The notes below the pieces were generated by a model. That model did not search any database, was not told the DNA's origin, and saw nothing but the letters and a program-made list of their open reading frames with translations. A stretch of 64,000 bases of DNA from Basidiobolus meristosporus CBS 931.73 (lineage: Eukaryota > Fungi > Basidiobolomycota): assembly GCA_002104905.1 (NCBI GenBank), contig MCFE01000203.1, positions 1-64,000 of the forward strand. Direction: 5' to 3'. The position numbers and the translations under genes were made by a program. This document shows, piece by piece, positions 25,467-37,499 of this stretch (position 1 is the first letter of the stretch; each line of letters begins with the position of its first letter).

Positions 25467-25654
25467 TGTTTGGGATGTGCTTCCGGATAATTCTTTTCGG
25501 AGTCTGGAGTTCTGGAATAATCAGGAGTGCGTGATTTGTCAACCAGTGCCTTATATGGTTGGCGGTGATTGTAAGCAGGATCTTTTGGAATGTACATAAT
25601 ACTTGCAGAGCAAGATGCGATTAATAAAAGGGCACCTAAAGTGATGGCTTTCAT
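24596..25654 (-). CDS. Secreted DY-repeat protein, copy B
   Basis: 352 aa, MKAITLGALLLIASCSA-SIMYIPKDP. TATAAA on the minus strand at 25717-25722. Confidence 0.88.
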   Translation of the reverse strand: MKAITLGALLLIASCSASIMYIPKDPAYNHRQPYKALVDKSRTPDYSRTPDSEKNYPEAHPKQNDYPENDSKVHPKDDDYPEARPSDDYPEAETEPKNDGYSKPKPKNGDYPETHPKNDDYPENLPKNDDYAEGHERSDDYPEASPKKDGYKNPHPKDDDYQPKSDDYPEAQPLKDDYQPATKYQRSHPNSPQDYQQPDYSSDKNGSGNGAAHDDYAPSGKPDSKHPDEYSGDKGHSQKYEQGGKHGDDYTPSQPGSGQPDVGPDYQPPVHDEYVEPHPAGYQQPKQGEDYGPESGKGNGGYKNKGADEDYAPGSGKGNGDYKYKKGGKSQSNDEEYGPEGQPPHPKAGVYH

Positions 25655-26179
25655 TTTCTAGGCTTCAACTGTCAAGATCAGTAGTTTGGTTCATTCTGGA
25701 GAAAATGCCGCGAATATTTATAGAAGCACGAAGAAGAGGACTCCTTGAACTTATCTAGTTCCAGCATGCACCCCTCCAAAACCCCGGTGGAAACTAGCTA
25801 CTTCCGCTTAAACTATTAAGCAAATTGAACCTGGATCCACGCCACCACCATCAATGCTCACTGAGATCCCATCTCCTACCAACTACTATCCCCTACAGTC
25901 GAATATAAGCTTACGAGAATTGCATTATTTTGATCGAGCGTATGTGGGGAAATCTTCCGATTGTCAATTAAATGAGACTGTTGTTTGTAGCAAAAACTCA
26001 TTTAACCTGATTCTATTGAGGCAGCGATGGCAAGTTCAGTAGAACTGGCTATAGCAGTGATGTCCCTGCAGCATAATAAGCACTCAGCTACGGAGGATTT
26101 TTCGATGAGGACTGGGGCGGGGTGCAGTAACTTCACTGTATAAATACTAGGGCCGAAGACGGGCAACTCATCATCAAAT

Positions 26180-27101
26180 ATGAAGTCTATTGTATTGAAA
26201 TCTCTTCTCCTTGTAGCATCATGCTCTGCAAGCATCATGTATATCCCTAAAGATCCAGGTGGCATTTCCTACCAAGACCCTCCTTACAACCCACTTCAAG
26301 GCCCTAAGCCATACGACTCGCCACCATCCGACCCGTACACCAACAAACTTCCTGGTCAAGAAGGTGGTCCAAAGAAAGACGACTACAACGAGGGTCAACC
26401 CAAAAACGATGACTATGCCGAAGCCAGCCCTAAGAATGACGATTACTCCGAATCCCTTCCCAAGAAAGACGACTATGCAGAAGTCCCTCAAAAGAATGAA
26501 GACTACCCGGAGGCCCATCCCAAGGGTGATGACTATCAACCACTAAACGACTATGTGGACCCCAAACCAGCTGCGTATCAACAAGCAAAACTAGGTGATG
26601 ACTATCCAGAGGGCCTTCCCAAGAACGATGACTATGCAAACCTCCACCCAAAGGATGATGACTATCAGCCAAAGAGTGACGACTACCCTGAGGCTCAGCC
26701 ACTGAAGGATGACTACCAACCAGCGACCAAGCAGCACATATCAGGGAAGTCGCCCTAGCACACCACAGGACTACCAGCAGCCCGATTATTCCTCTGACAA
26801 GAACGGGTCTGGCAATGGCGCAGCCCACGATGACTACGCCCCATCTGGCAAGCCAGACTCCAAGCATCCTGACGAGTACTCGGGAGATAAGGGCCATTCC
26901 CAGAAGTACGAGCAGGGTGGCAAGCATGGCGATGACTACACACCCTCGCAACCAGGCTCAGGGCAGCCGGACGTTGGGCCTGACTACCAACCCCCTGTGC
27001 ACGATGAGTATGTTGAGCCACACCCAGCAGGGTATCAGCAGCCAAAGCAAGGGGAAGACTATGGACCTGACTCCGGAAAGGGCAAAGGGTATACGTTGTA
27101 A
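26180..27101 (+). CDS. Secreted DY-repeat protein, copy C, frameshifted at ~26732 (pseudogene or assembly indel)
   Basis: MKSIVLKSLLLVASCSA-SIMYIPKDP, TATAAATA at 26139. ORF1 stops at 26758, while the homologous continuation (PQDYQQPDY...GKGKGYTL*) is in another frame. Confidence 0.8.
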
Positions 27102-27228
27102 CAGGATTAATATATTTATGCGAAAGGTGTACGTAGAGTAAGATTAGAATCAATGGCAAAATAAAATCTAAAAGTTTATTTCAAAAGGAGAGGTGAGAGT
27201 GAATATTTTATACAAATGAAAAGAATAT

Positions 27229-29007
27229 TTACGCCAAGTATGTAGCATCGACGTTGTGTGCAAAGTCCCAAATGAGCACATGGTGATCTTGCGAACACGA
27301 CACAACTTTGGTTGAGTCAAACTGAGCTTTGAAAACCCTACAGGTATGTCCGTCTCGGAGGTCACCTAGCAGCTCCCCAGACTTCCGGTCCCACAGCTTG
27401 ATGGTCCGGTCGTAGGAGCCAGAAAGAATGACTGTGTCATTGAATTGCAAGGTTCTGACCAACTCTGTATGGCCTATTAACGTCTTCATGCATTCACCAG
27501 AAGATGCATCCCATATTTTGATTGTTTTATCCTTCGATCCAGAAATGATCACTTTCCCGTCATACTGCACACAAGCGATGCCGCGGGTGTGCCCGACGAG
27601 CGTTTTGAGACATGCACCAGTCTCCAAATCCCACATCATTATCGTCCGGTCTCCTGAGGCAGAGACGATGATCCCGTCCTTAAATTGAACCGCATTCACC
27701 GCTATCCTATGGCCAGTTAGTGTGCGCAGTAGGGTCCCCGAGGCACGGTCCCAGATCCGAATGGTGCGATCTTTCGAGCATGTGACAATGTGCTTTTTGT
27801 CGAAACTCAAATTCAGAACTGGCTCCGTGTGCCCAGTTAATACGCGGAGGATCTCTCCCGTTTTGATGTCCCACACGATGATTGTAGAGTCGCTGGAGCC
27901 GGACACGATGATCTCCTCGTCGTATTGCAAACACAGTACGGATGCAGTATGTCCCTGGTACGTTGAAATACAGTATCCACTCTGAATATCCCATACTTTT
28001 ATCGTGTGGTCTCTGCTGCCAGAGATGATTTTTTTCGAGTCGAATTGGATGCAATAGATGCCTTCGGCGTGGCCAGGCAACCGTCGGAGTTGATAGCCAG
28101 CATGCGACCAATTGTATTCCAGTCTGGCTCGTTGTTGGGCCAGATATCTCCAGTTCACCGTCTTGACATGATCTTTATAGATGAGAACTGGGTTGTCACG
28201 AACTGGGACAGGCGCGGCACTGTTCTGGTTGCTTCTACTGGAGCCGGACAGCGTAGTGGAGCGACGGGTACGTCTTGTGTTCAAGTTGAAAGGGGTATCC
28301 ATCGCCGAACCGACAAAGTTAAGACGTTGCTCGTTTTGTATGGTTGATAGGGATGCGTTTTGTGTAAGCCCGTCGTGCAAAGAGAGCTCTGGGATGCGAC
28401 GCGTAATCGCGTTGACACGTGTTGAAGAGAATTCGAATTCAGAGGGGGAAACCAAGGATTCGGTGTCTTCCTCCTCAATCCCGCTGTTCAACTCCTCTAG
28501 TAGTTCTTGCTGAGGATCAGTCGTCTCGTTCCTCTCCTCGCTCTGAACCGCCGAGTTTAGCTCGAGCTCTTTGACCTGCCAGCCTTCATCAAAGTACATC
28601 TTTCTCCATAATCCCGAATCATCGATCACTTCGTGCCATTTCTTACACACCGAGGATACCCTTCCTAAGGTTGGGATGTTTGTGTAGCTAAGTATATGAA
28701 GAGCCAGCTCATGCGGTAAGTGGGTGATAAAATCTTTGTACAGTAGGGGTTTCAGGCGAGAGATGACTCCCTCGACGGTTTGTGGGTTGACTGATAGAAG
28801 TAGCTGGTAAGCAAACTCTGTGTAAAGAAGCTGGTGAGTTTTAAGGCTTGTACGGGAGGCGGACTTTCGATGAGAACCATGCTAACCTGCTTTTTGTTCG
28901 TCTCCCCAGTGGTCCATCCATTCTGGAATCTCAACTTTTTGTTCGTCGTAGCCTTCATCTAGATCGGGACCAATCTCAGTATCATTATTATTACCTTTAT
29001 GAGTCAT
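27229..29007 (-). CDS. F-box/WD40 protein, beta-TrCP/FWD-1/Pof11 type
   Basis: Spliced D-domain-like EWMDHWGDEQKAEFAYQLL, F-box DFITHLPHELALHILSY, and WD repeats GHTASVLCLQYD, GHRIAVNAVQF..SASGDRTI, GHTRGIAC, GHTELVR. The start codon is tentative. Confidence 0.9.
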
Positions 29008-29669
29008 CTGGGTGTAATTAGGAGAATAAAACTATACAGGAGATATACGAAATAACAGGGTGTAATGTTTGTAACAGGGAGGGGATCAATACCACGTAAA
29101 TATACGCTTGTGAGGAAGAAATAGTTAAGCCAAGGGCAGTGGGCTTCCCAACAGCGATGAATAAAGCTATCCACGGTTAGGCAGGCCACTAATTTATATT
29201 GAGTGAATTGGAAAGTGAGTTTAATCAACAATTCATTTATATTCTCCAGAAATAGATCCATATCAGCCATTTCGAGCCCAAACCTGGGTGAAACGAAATC
29301 GGTTGATTCGGCTGATTCGGGAGAAATTGGGAAATATTGGACTTATTATTCAATGCATCACTTATTGCAGGACAAGATCTCTTGATGGATCATGGCACAT
29401 TATGTAGAGTGGGAGCGTAGGCGGTAAAGCGGCGAGGCAAGGTTATCTATGTGTGTTAGTGTTTTGATTAATATCCGATGACGGACAATCATGTGACCCG
29501 ACGGGTGGTTCGTTTTTTAGTGGTCCTTGCAATGATAATCCACTGACTGATTTGGTCCAAAAGCGGCACTTTGGACGGACCCCTTTCCTTCAGCAATAAT
29601 CAAGAAAATCTTAGTAGTCTATTGTGTTACTGTCAACCATTACCTTGTCCTTAATATCCATCTCAGAAC

Positions 29670-32184
29670 ATGCAGGATTCCGGCCTCCCCCCGGAGCCAC
29701 AAGAAACATCCGATTCTCTCTCACAGGTGGACTTGCATTCACAGCCCTCCCTGATTTCCTCCACGTTACAGCCTATCATTACCACTAGCACTACAACTAC
29801 AACTGAAACAAAACCAAGAAAAACAAAGCACTTCCCAACCCCGGTAGATCTGCCGTTCACTTCGGTAGAGTATCCGCTGAAGAACTACCCCACACCAACT
29901 GCCTTGAAAATCAGCTGTTTGGAAGATGTAGGCGAAAGCTTTTCCTCAGAATCCAAGCCCATAAAGGTACATATTCCAACACCTCTTCTAAACGTACCAA
30001 CAGTCAACCAATGTATGGCATGTTTCTAGGTAGCATCGAACTTTTCCCTGTCTCAGACGAAGCTCAAACGATACGCTAACGATACGGAAAGCCCCCTCGT
30101 GATACTTGAAAGCTTTTCTCCAACACAATACAAACGATCTCGTTTCATGCAGATCTCCAGTACGGATGCAACCTCTTCACTTCCTTCCAACTCCCCCCCT
30201 CAAGATAACGAGAGAGCAGCGGAAAATAGCTCGATGGTATTGGAAGAGTCTGCTTCCTTACCCTCGCCTTGTCGCTCACCATCGTTCCCGGTGCATGTAG
30301 AAAACACAATGGATATGGAGGGAGCAGATCTCAAAACAGAGGAAGAAGAGTCAGATACTGAGGAGCAGAAAAGCATTGGAGCCCCGGCGTTTCCCAATCT
30401 ATCTGAATTGTTGAACCGATTCGATTCATTGCCGGCGGAGCTTCAGCAAGCCATGCTTTTCCAGATGCTGAAAAGGTCCAACACCGGAACCCTCCAGTTC
30501 GTCGCATCCACCATACTGCCCAGTCTGAAAGTGGATTTCTTGGGGAAACTCCCGTACGAATTGGGATTGAAGGTGGTGGGCTATCTGGATGCCCAAAGTG
30601 CCTGCCGCTCGGCCAGGGTTAGTAAGCGTTGGAGGAAAGTGGTGGACTCTGATGCAAAGGTCTGGAAGAATTTGTTTGACCTGGCTGGATTCCAATTGAT
30701 TGAAGAAGATCGGATGGTTCTAAACGCATTCGAGCAGAAACCGACACATGCAGATCAGTCAGACGAGCAACGCACGCGGCTTAACTACGGGAGTAGCGAG
30801 CCTGGTGGTTCGACGGCCAAGATCGACCTTCAGGTGCCTATTCCTGGGCTCAATGCCCCGCTAGATCCCCGCGATAGCCTTGAGGCGGTCGCAAAGCATT
30901 CATACAAGTACCTGTACCGACGACATCATATAATTCGGCGGAATTGGATGCGTGGTCGATGCTCCAGTATCTCGTTTGAGGGACACAGCGAATGCGTTGT
31001 TACCTGCCTGCAGTTCGATTCGGACAAGATCGTGTCTGGCACGGAAGATTTCGACATCCACATCTATGATACGAAGACCGGTAGTCTGAGGAAGAAGCTT
31101 CAGGCACATAACGGTGGGGTGTGGGCGTTGCAGTACTACGGCAACACTCTGGTGACCGGCTCCACCGATCGTACCGTCCGAATCTGGGATATCCAACAAG
31201 GGGTCAATACGCACACATTTCGCGGCCATTCGTCAACCGTACGATGCCTGCAAATCCTCATACCTACCAACGTGAACCCGGATCCTGAGGGGGAGCCTGT
31301 CATGGAGCCACCGTACCCCATCATCGTGACTGGCTCTCGCGACTCCACATTGCGGGTATGGAAGCTTCCGGCCGCTGACGACCCGAGGTATCCCCCGGAG
31401 AGCAGTGAATCCAATGAGGTACAGACCGTTCCGAACCCATATTACCTGCGTTCGTTAATGGGACACGCGCATTCAGTTCGAGCCATTGCGGCGTATGGAA
31501 ACACAGTGGTGAGTGGTAGCTACGATTGTACGGTTCGCGTGTGGAATGTCATGACGGGTGAATGCAAATGGAGGCTGGAGGGGCATACGCAAAAGGTGTA
31601 TAGCGTGGTGATCGATAAGGACAGGAACCGATGCATCTCTGGCAGCATGGATTGCTCCGTCCGGATTTGGAGTCTTAAGCATGGGACATGCATCTACGCG
31701 CTGGAAGGTGAGTGAATCTGCGCGAGCCCCTTGTTGTTCTGAATGCTAATCTGCTCCTCTTGAAGGTCATTCATCGCTGGTCGGTTTGCTTAGTCTGACT
31801 CCTAACCATCTGGTATCCGCTGCGGCCGACGCAACCTTGCGCGTCTGGGATCCCGATTCGGGCACGTGTCGTAACGTCCTCTCCACCCATACCGGAGCCA
31901 TCACATGCTTCCAGCATGATGACCAGAAGGTGATCTCCGGTTCCGAAACCACCCTCAAGATGTGGGACGTTCGCACGGGGAAGTTCATTCGGGACCTACT
32001 GGTGGGGTTGCAGCACGTGTGGCAAGTCCAATTCGATGACCGACGTTGTGTGGCGGCGGTGCAGCGGAGGAACGCCACCTGGTTCGAGGTGTTCGATTTC
32101 GGCAAGGAGATGGACATCCCGGTGAAGAAAGACGTGCACTCAAGTCAACACTTGGGCTCCGCCTCGACCACCACCGCCACCTGA
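29670..32184 (+). CDS. CDC4: F-box/WD40 protein Cdc4/Fbw7, 3 exons
   Basis: F-box VDFLGKLPYELGLKVVGYL, then VVTCLQFD, HNGGVWALQY, GHSSTVRCL, GHAHSVRA, GHTQKVYS, GHSSLVGLL. Introns at ~29966-30056 and ~31709-31765. Confidence 0.93.
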
Positions 32185-32895
32185 GGCAGAATGCTGGGGG
32201 GTGTTGCGAGTACGAAGAGTTTCGGCCGCCTGCACGAAAGCGGCCCGGAGAAACGACCCCTCATGCAGATAGGAGAGGATCCATTTCGTTAGGGACCTTG
32301 CTCAGTTGAATCGCTTCCTTGATTGTCACTTCCTTAGTTGCTGGCCGTTCGGATTCCCATCAGATTTTTTGGATACCGCGCGCACTGGTCGATAGGGAGG
32401 GGGGTGCATCCATCTCCGCCGATTGGTGTGGCCAGGAAGGCCCAAGTTGTATTTGTCCCATGAATTGCTGGTAAAAGAATGCTTAATAAACTTGACGAAT
32501 TCCCACATGATCATCCGGGTTAGTGCCCGTCCAAGGCGCTCTATATACTCTCTGGGTGCGGTCCCTTCCCCGGCTCGGTGCCGGTAATTTCCACCCGATT
32601 GGGAAATGGGGGCTCTTCCGTATGCAACCTATAACGTCAGGATATCGCATGTCGCTGAATAGCCAGCGTAGCCATGAAATGCCCACTGGAACATGTGAAT
32701 GTTGGAGGTGCCCGTGTACACCTCACCTTCTTTGTTCCCGATAACCTCGGCCCATATATTTCACAGATCCAATGCGGTCATTACAAGTGACAAGCTATCA
32801 AGAAGTTATCCGCCCACCAACGATCTCACCAACGATCCCTCCAACCCCTTATTTACAAAGAAATTGTTAGTGAGTGAATATAAGCACCTGTCAGG

Positions 32896-32899
<4 letters not shown>

Positions 32900-32934
<35 letters not shown>
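32900..32934. repeat. (TA)n microsatellite at the gene-island/TE boundary
   Basis: About 14 perfect TA units plus catata. Confidence 0.95.
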
Positions 32935-32982
32935 GTAATCCAACATTTGTATTATCAGTATACTCTACTTTTTGATGTGATG

Positions 32983-33054
32983 CACTACTAGAAAATGAAT
33001 AGCCTACCTCAGACTTAGTTTACATGATCAGCCTATTGAATCAGTACACTAGTG
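32983..33054. mobile_element. 72-bp CACTA...TAGTG mini-element flanked by ATG/ATG
   Basis: atg|CACTACTAGAAAA...CACTAGTG|atg. The left end matches the EnSpm/CACTA terminus, with a 3-bp TSD. Confidence 0.45.
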
Positions 33055-33859
33055 ATGGCTTCAAGGCTTTCTGAACCATATGACTGACCCATATATCTCT
33101 GAACATTGCTTTAAGGGTGCTTCTTTACCACAGTAAAACAGTTGCAACTAGTTTATCTAGCAAGCAACAATCTATATCTTCCTAAGTCAACACCTGGTTA
33201 GAAATCTAGGCTTATATTCCTGGGATATCTTACTAATAACAGGAGTCCCATCAGTTCCCACATTTTGGGAGCATTTCCAATAGACCCATACCTTGCATAC
33301 AGCTTCTTGCAATCTGTAGACAATGGAGCTCACAAGATTTACTCCAAAGTACCAGTGTTGCATTGTCATTAAAACAGAAGGTGAGTGAAATAAGATACTT
33401 CCTGCTCCTGGATTCAATTTGCTTCCATTTCTCCATTGCCACTTCTGGATGCTTATGTGTCTAGAGGCCACAACTTCAAGTATGTCCAGTCACTTCTCTT
33501 AAATGTGTTAAGCAACAACTTGAGTATTCTGAGTTTCAGCCCAAGATATGTTGTAGCTGAATGGCATACACCCACTATATGTTTCAAACACATTGGATGA
33601 ATCTTAAGGACCTAGAATGAAACCCAAAGTTATACTGACACAGAATTGAGAACCTGCAACTGAGCAGGAAAGATGCTAGCTAGACACTATACATAGACCA
33701 TTGGAGAGAACTTTACTTAACATCTAAAAAGGTGGTCCAATATTGGAGTGCTTTGTCCTAGTATGGAAAGTTGGATTTTTATCTTGTGTACATCAATAAT
33801 TATCATAAGATAATGTAGGGGGGAGGGTTTAGGCATGAGCATTAACTTCAAAGAGCTTT

Positions 33860-34135
33860 CTTGGCCCCATTGCTTCTTTTGTAGTCTCACAGGCTGTCAT
33901 GTACTCTACCTCTGTGGTGTAAAGAGCTATGGTCAGTTGCTTTCTTAAATTTCATGCAACTGCTCATTTGCAGTAAAGAAATGTGTATCCTGTAAGGGAT
34001 CTTCCAACTTCCAAGTATCAGAGCATACAAAGAGATTCTGCTCTGAATCCTTATAAGTGTTCTTTAAGAAGATATCAGCAGTTCCTTTAAGTATCAAAAA
34101 CTCTGTGTAACTGCTACAATATGATCAGATCCACA
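33860..34135 (-). mobile_element. Ty1/Copia RT-end/RNase H relic
   Basis: Minus-strand frames read GSDHIVAV..YLKGT and RSLTGYTFL..KQLTIALYTTEVEYMTACETTKEA, with stops. Confidence 0.75.
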
Positions 34136-34799
34136 GTCTTAATTATGCTGGCTGACAACACCCATTGAATGTGAGATATCTAGACATATATATAGTATGG
34201 TATGTTAGCAGCCAACACAAACAAGAATTAGAGAGCATGTCCAAGGTGGAATTGAATCCAGCAGGGAGAAGAGATATATAAGAATGACTAGCCACCCACT
34301 GGTGGATTCCATCTGGATCAGCCATCCGGATCTTGCAATGAGGCTGTCATATTGCCAGTAGATTGAAACTATTGACCATTTCACAATTGTTATGATGGTA
34401 TTTTGACAGTGTTTTGCAGTTTTTACTGCCAAATATAGTAATAAACCTGACAGTATTTCAATGGTATTGTGGCAGGACTTGCATGGCATTTTGATGATCT
34501 TAATGTGGTCTACATTTATTTGGGTGGACCTAACCAGTCAATGGATGCAATTAGCTGATATGGAGAAAAACTTAACAGTGTTTTTATGGCCTTGATGCAG
34601 ACCTTCTTTGGCATTATTGCATCTGTATGGCATTCTATAGGTGGTTCTGCAAAATGCTACTTTACCAATTTATCAAATGGTATTTCACTTTTCTACCTCC
34701 CCTTGCACCACTCATATATTCAACTGTAGCATCACCCTGCTTTATTTGCTTACCTACTACTACCATGGATATTTCACATATTGTATGAATCAAAAAAAA

Positions 34800-37330
34800 C
34801 AACAGCATTCTGCTTACTAGACTCTAGACTCATGCACACCTGCTACAATTAATACATTTCTATCACCTCAACTTTACAGCTTTTCAGTGTGATACTTGCA
34901 AATTTACCATATACCTTGTATTGCTGGCAACACACACATCTTGCAAACAAGTGGTGGGTTACCACCACTTCTGCCATGAAAACCTTTTGAGTATCTGTAA
35001 AATACTTTTTGGTGCTTAGCCAATCTGTTTCTTCTCCTACTGGATTCTAGTACCCCCTTTAGGAGCACTGTGGTTTTTGTTTGTGTGAGTTCTGTATTAA
35101 AAGGTGTAGATATTGGCTTGTGTCCAGGAGAAGCCTGGCATACTTTGGCAATGTTGTCCTAACAGACATTAGTTGCTTGCTGCATCTAACCCTACCTTGC
35201 ATTACTTAACTGATTACCATTACATTGGGGCTGCTTAGCTTTTTATGCCAAAGGTAAAGGTGTCTCTACATGCACATCTGTGACCAGTATTTTCCTACTC
35301 TTCCTGGCAGTCCTCCACATGCCAACTCATTACATCCATGACAGACTGAAAGTGGTACTGGTGATGAGATTGGGATATTATAGTACTTATAACTTGACTT
35401 GTCTTCCCATCTCCCAACTCATCTGCTCCATAGGAAACCACCAATGGGTGAAACAAGGTCCAATATGTGCTACATACCAAGTAAGATGGATACAGTATTG
35501 ACAGAAATCTATGCATCAAGATTTGTGCATATGCAGCAGGAATTTTAAAGGTTCTATCATAGGATCCTGATGGCTGATCCATATTTGATTCACTGACAGT
35601 ACCTATTAATTCTTGATAGGACTCCCATTACTGCCTATACACTGTTGGTAGAAATTGCTTCAGAAGGTCACTTGGATAAATACATATCCAGCTCATCCAA
35701 TCCTTGCATTTGTATTGTTGCATGTGCATATAAGTATTGATTAATACTTGTGAGAAGTATTTTTGGCAGCAGATACTCTGTAATGTCTTGCAAGTGCTTA
35801 CATATTTATCTAATATCTCAGAGGGTCCATTCTGCTTGAAATGCCCTATGTGCAACTTGGTCATAGGTATAGGTATATTGTTGAAGAGTGAATGCATTAC
35901 TCCCAGCAGAGCTTTTGCTCCGTCACATCCACTCTGTCTCAAGTATCTCTGGTTCTTGATTAACTCTATATTTTGGTCAATGACCTATTGCTTGCTAGCT
36001 TTACTGCAGTTGGATGTTGACTTCTGTACATTCTCTCTGTGGGAGGATAATGCTGTCAGTATTGGCATATGAACAATAATAATGTGTGTTAGTTATGGAT
36101 TAAGGCCTCAGGATCTCCTATATTTGACAGTAAAAATATCCATTGTGCCCAGAGAAGCTGGCTTTCCTGTTGATGGCTGGGGTATCTTCAATATAAATAA
36201 AAATATGTGATTGACACAATGGTCATTTACCAATATGCTGCTGGATAGCATGCAAAAACCTTCCAGCAATCAATGTAGGTAGCTCTCCAGGTTGTATGGT
36301 GATATAGGCTCAGATATCAGTGGGACTACTATCACATTTTTGCTCTGATAACATGGGATTGGCAGCAGATTCAGGTTGATGAGAATCAGCAGCCTGCAGG
36401 ATTTGCTGGAAGAATACTGGTCAATAAGAATCCTTCAAGTAACAAGGCAAATGCATAGTCATATATACCATCAAAGTAGCCATTGCTTCTTAGTTGTTTG
36501 TAATGTTTGCCATCATATATATTAGAAATGTTTGTAATTGATTGATACTGAGTGCAGTACTTTGTAGCTATGCAATATTTGTTGGGTTGCATGAGCTTCT
36601 TCAGACAAGGTATCACTGGAATATATCCAGAGTGTGAACTATGTTTTCCTTCTGCAATGGTGGATTCCTGGCAAGTTGGACACCTTGCAATGGTGGCATT
36701 TTCTGATGCAAATGCCATGCAACTGTTGACACATGCTGGCATCAGGATAGTGTCTGGATCATATGTTGCCAGTTACATAATAGATGTTTGTTTCTATCAT
36801 GTACATGGCTAGTTGCATCCTGGAACAATTTTGATATGAAGTTGCAGTAAATCCCCAGAGCCCCCATCATGAATATTAGTTGGTATACACCACTTCTCTA
36901 GCCACAACATCTCATTATTCACCAGTAGATGGATTACTGAAGATAGCCTCACAGTCCATCAATGGGCCTTCTTCCACACAGCTATCACTGTATGGGCCAT
37001 ATTTAGAAGGCTGAGATGAACAAAATGTACTATATTGAGGAGAGGTAGGCTCACAATCCAACAGTAGCTCTCTCCAGAGCTATAACTCTACTGGCCATAT
37101 CCTGAAGGTGGAGCTGAGCCAATAAGCATCACAAACTCACATATCTCAGTTTGCACATGGTGACAAGTGTGGCTGGGTGCTGTTATAGAAGTATCAAGTG
37201 GCCAGCAAGATGATATTGCTACAGTAGGGCCTGATAAATGCTCAGATATGACTTGTGTTGCAAACACTGCCATGGTCCTGCAATTACATCTTATGTTGTG
37301 TGTGTACTTCATGGCTGAGAGGCTGATTAT
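34800..37330 (-). mobile_element. Degenerate CACTA/EnSpm-type (Tnp2/Transposase_21-like) transposase, copy 1
   Basis: ACVNSCMAF..CPTCQES, YIPVIPCLKKLM and IYDGKHYKQLRSNGYF, plus a downstream GP.W.FPM segment, with many stops and frameshifts. Ends are approximate. Confidence 0.72.
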
Positions 37331-37499
37331 ATTAGCAAAATGGTCTTTTTTTCTTCTCTTATGGTGTTGAGTCAATGTAGTTGTGACCATGGGGCAAACA
37401 GCTTGACACCCAATAATATAGCACTACTATACCACTCTTTTATCAATACACATGTGAATTTTAGAAGTCTTGTGTTTAATACATTACACCTACATGAAT

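Noticed and set aside
23123-27101. RiPP/KEP (dikaritin-like) precursor interpretation of the DY-repeat proteins
   Set aside because: There are no regular KR/RR Kex2 sites between repeats, only occasional KK, and no DUF3328 or tyrosinase gene nearby. Kept only as a minor alternative.
23289-27159. Alternative-frame and antisense ORFs (MTTNRRRS..., MRGCVVIAML...)
   Set aside because: By-products of low-complexity repeats, duplicated along with the real genes.
33187-33471. Possible Gypsy integrase relic (GLLEMLP / NISLDF in different frames)
   Set aside because: Too degenerate to support without an HMM search.
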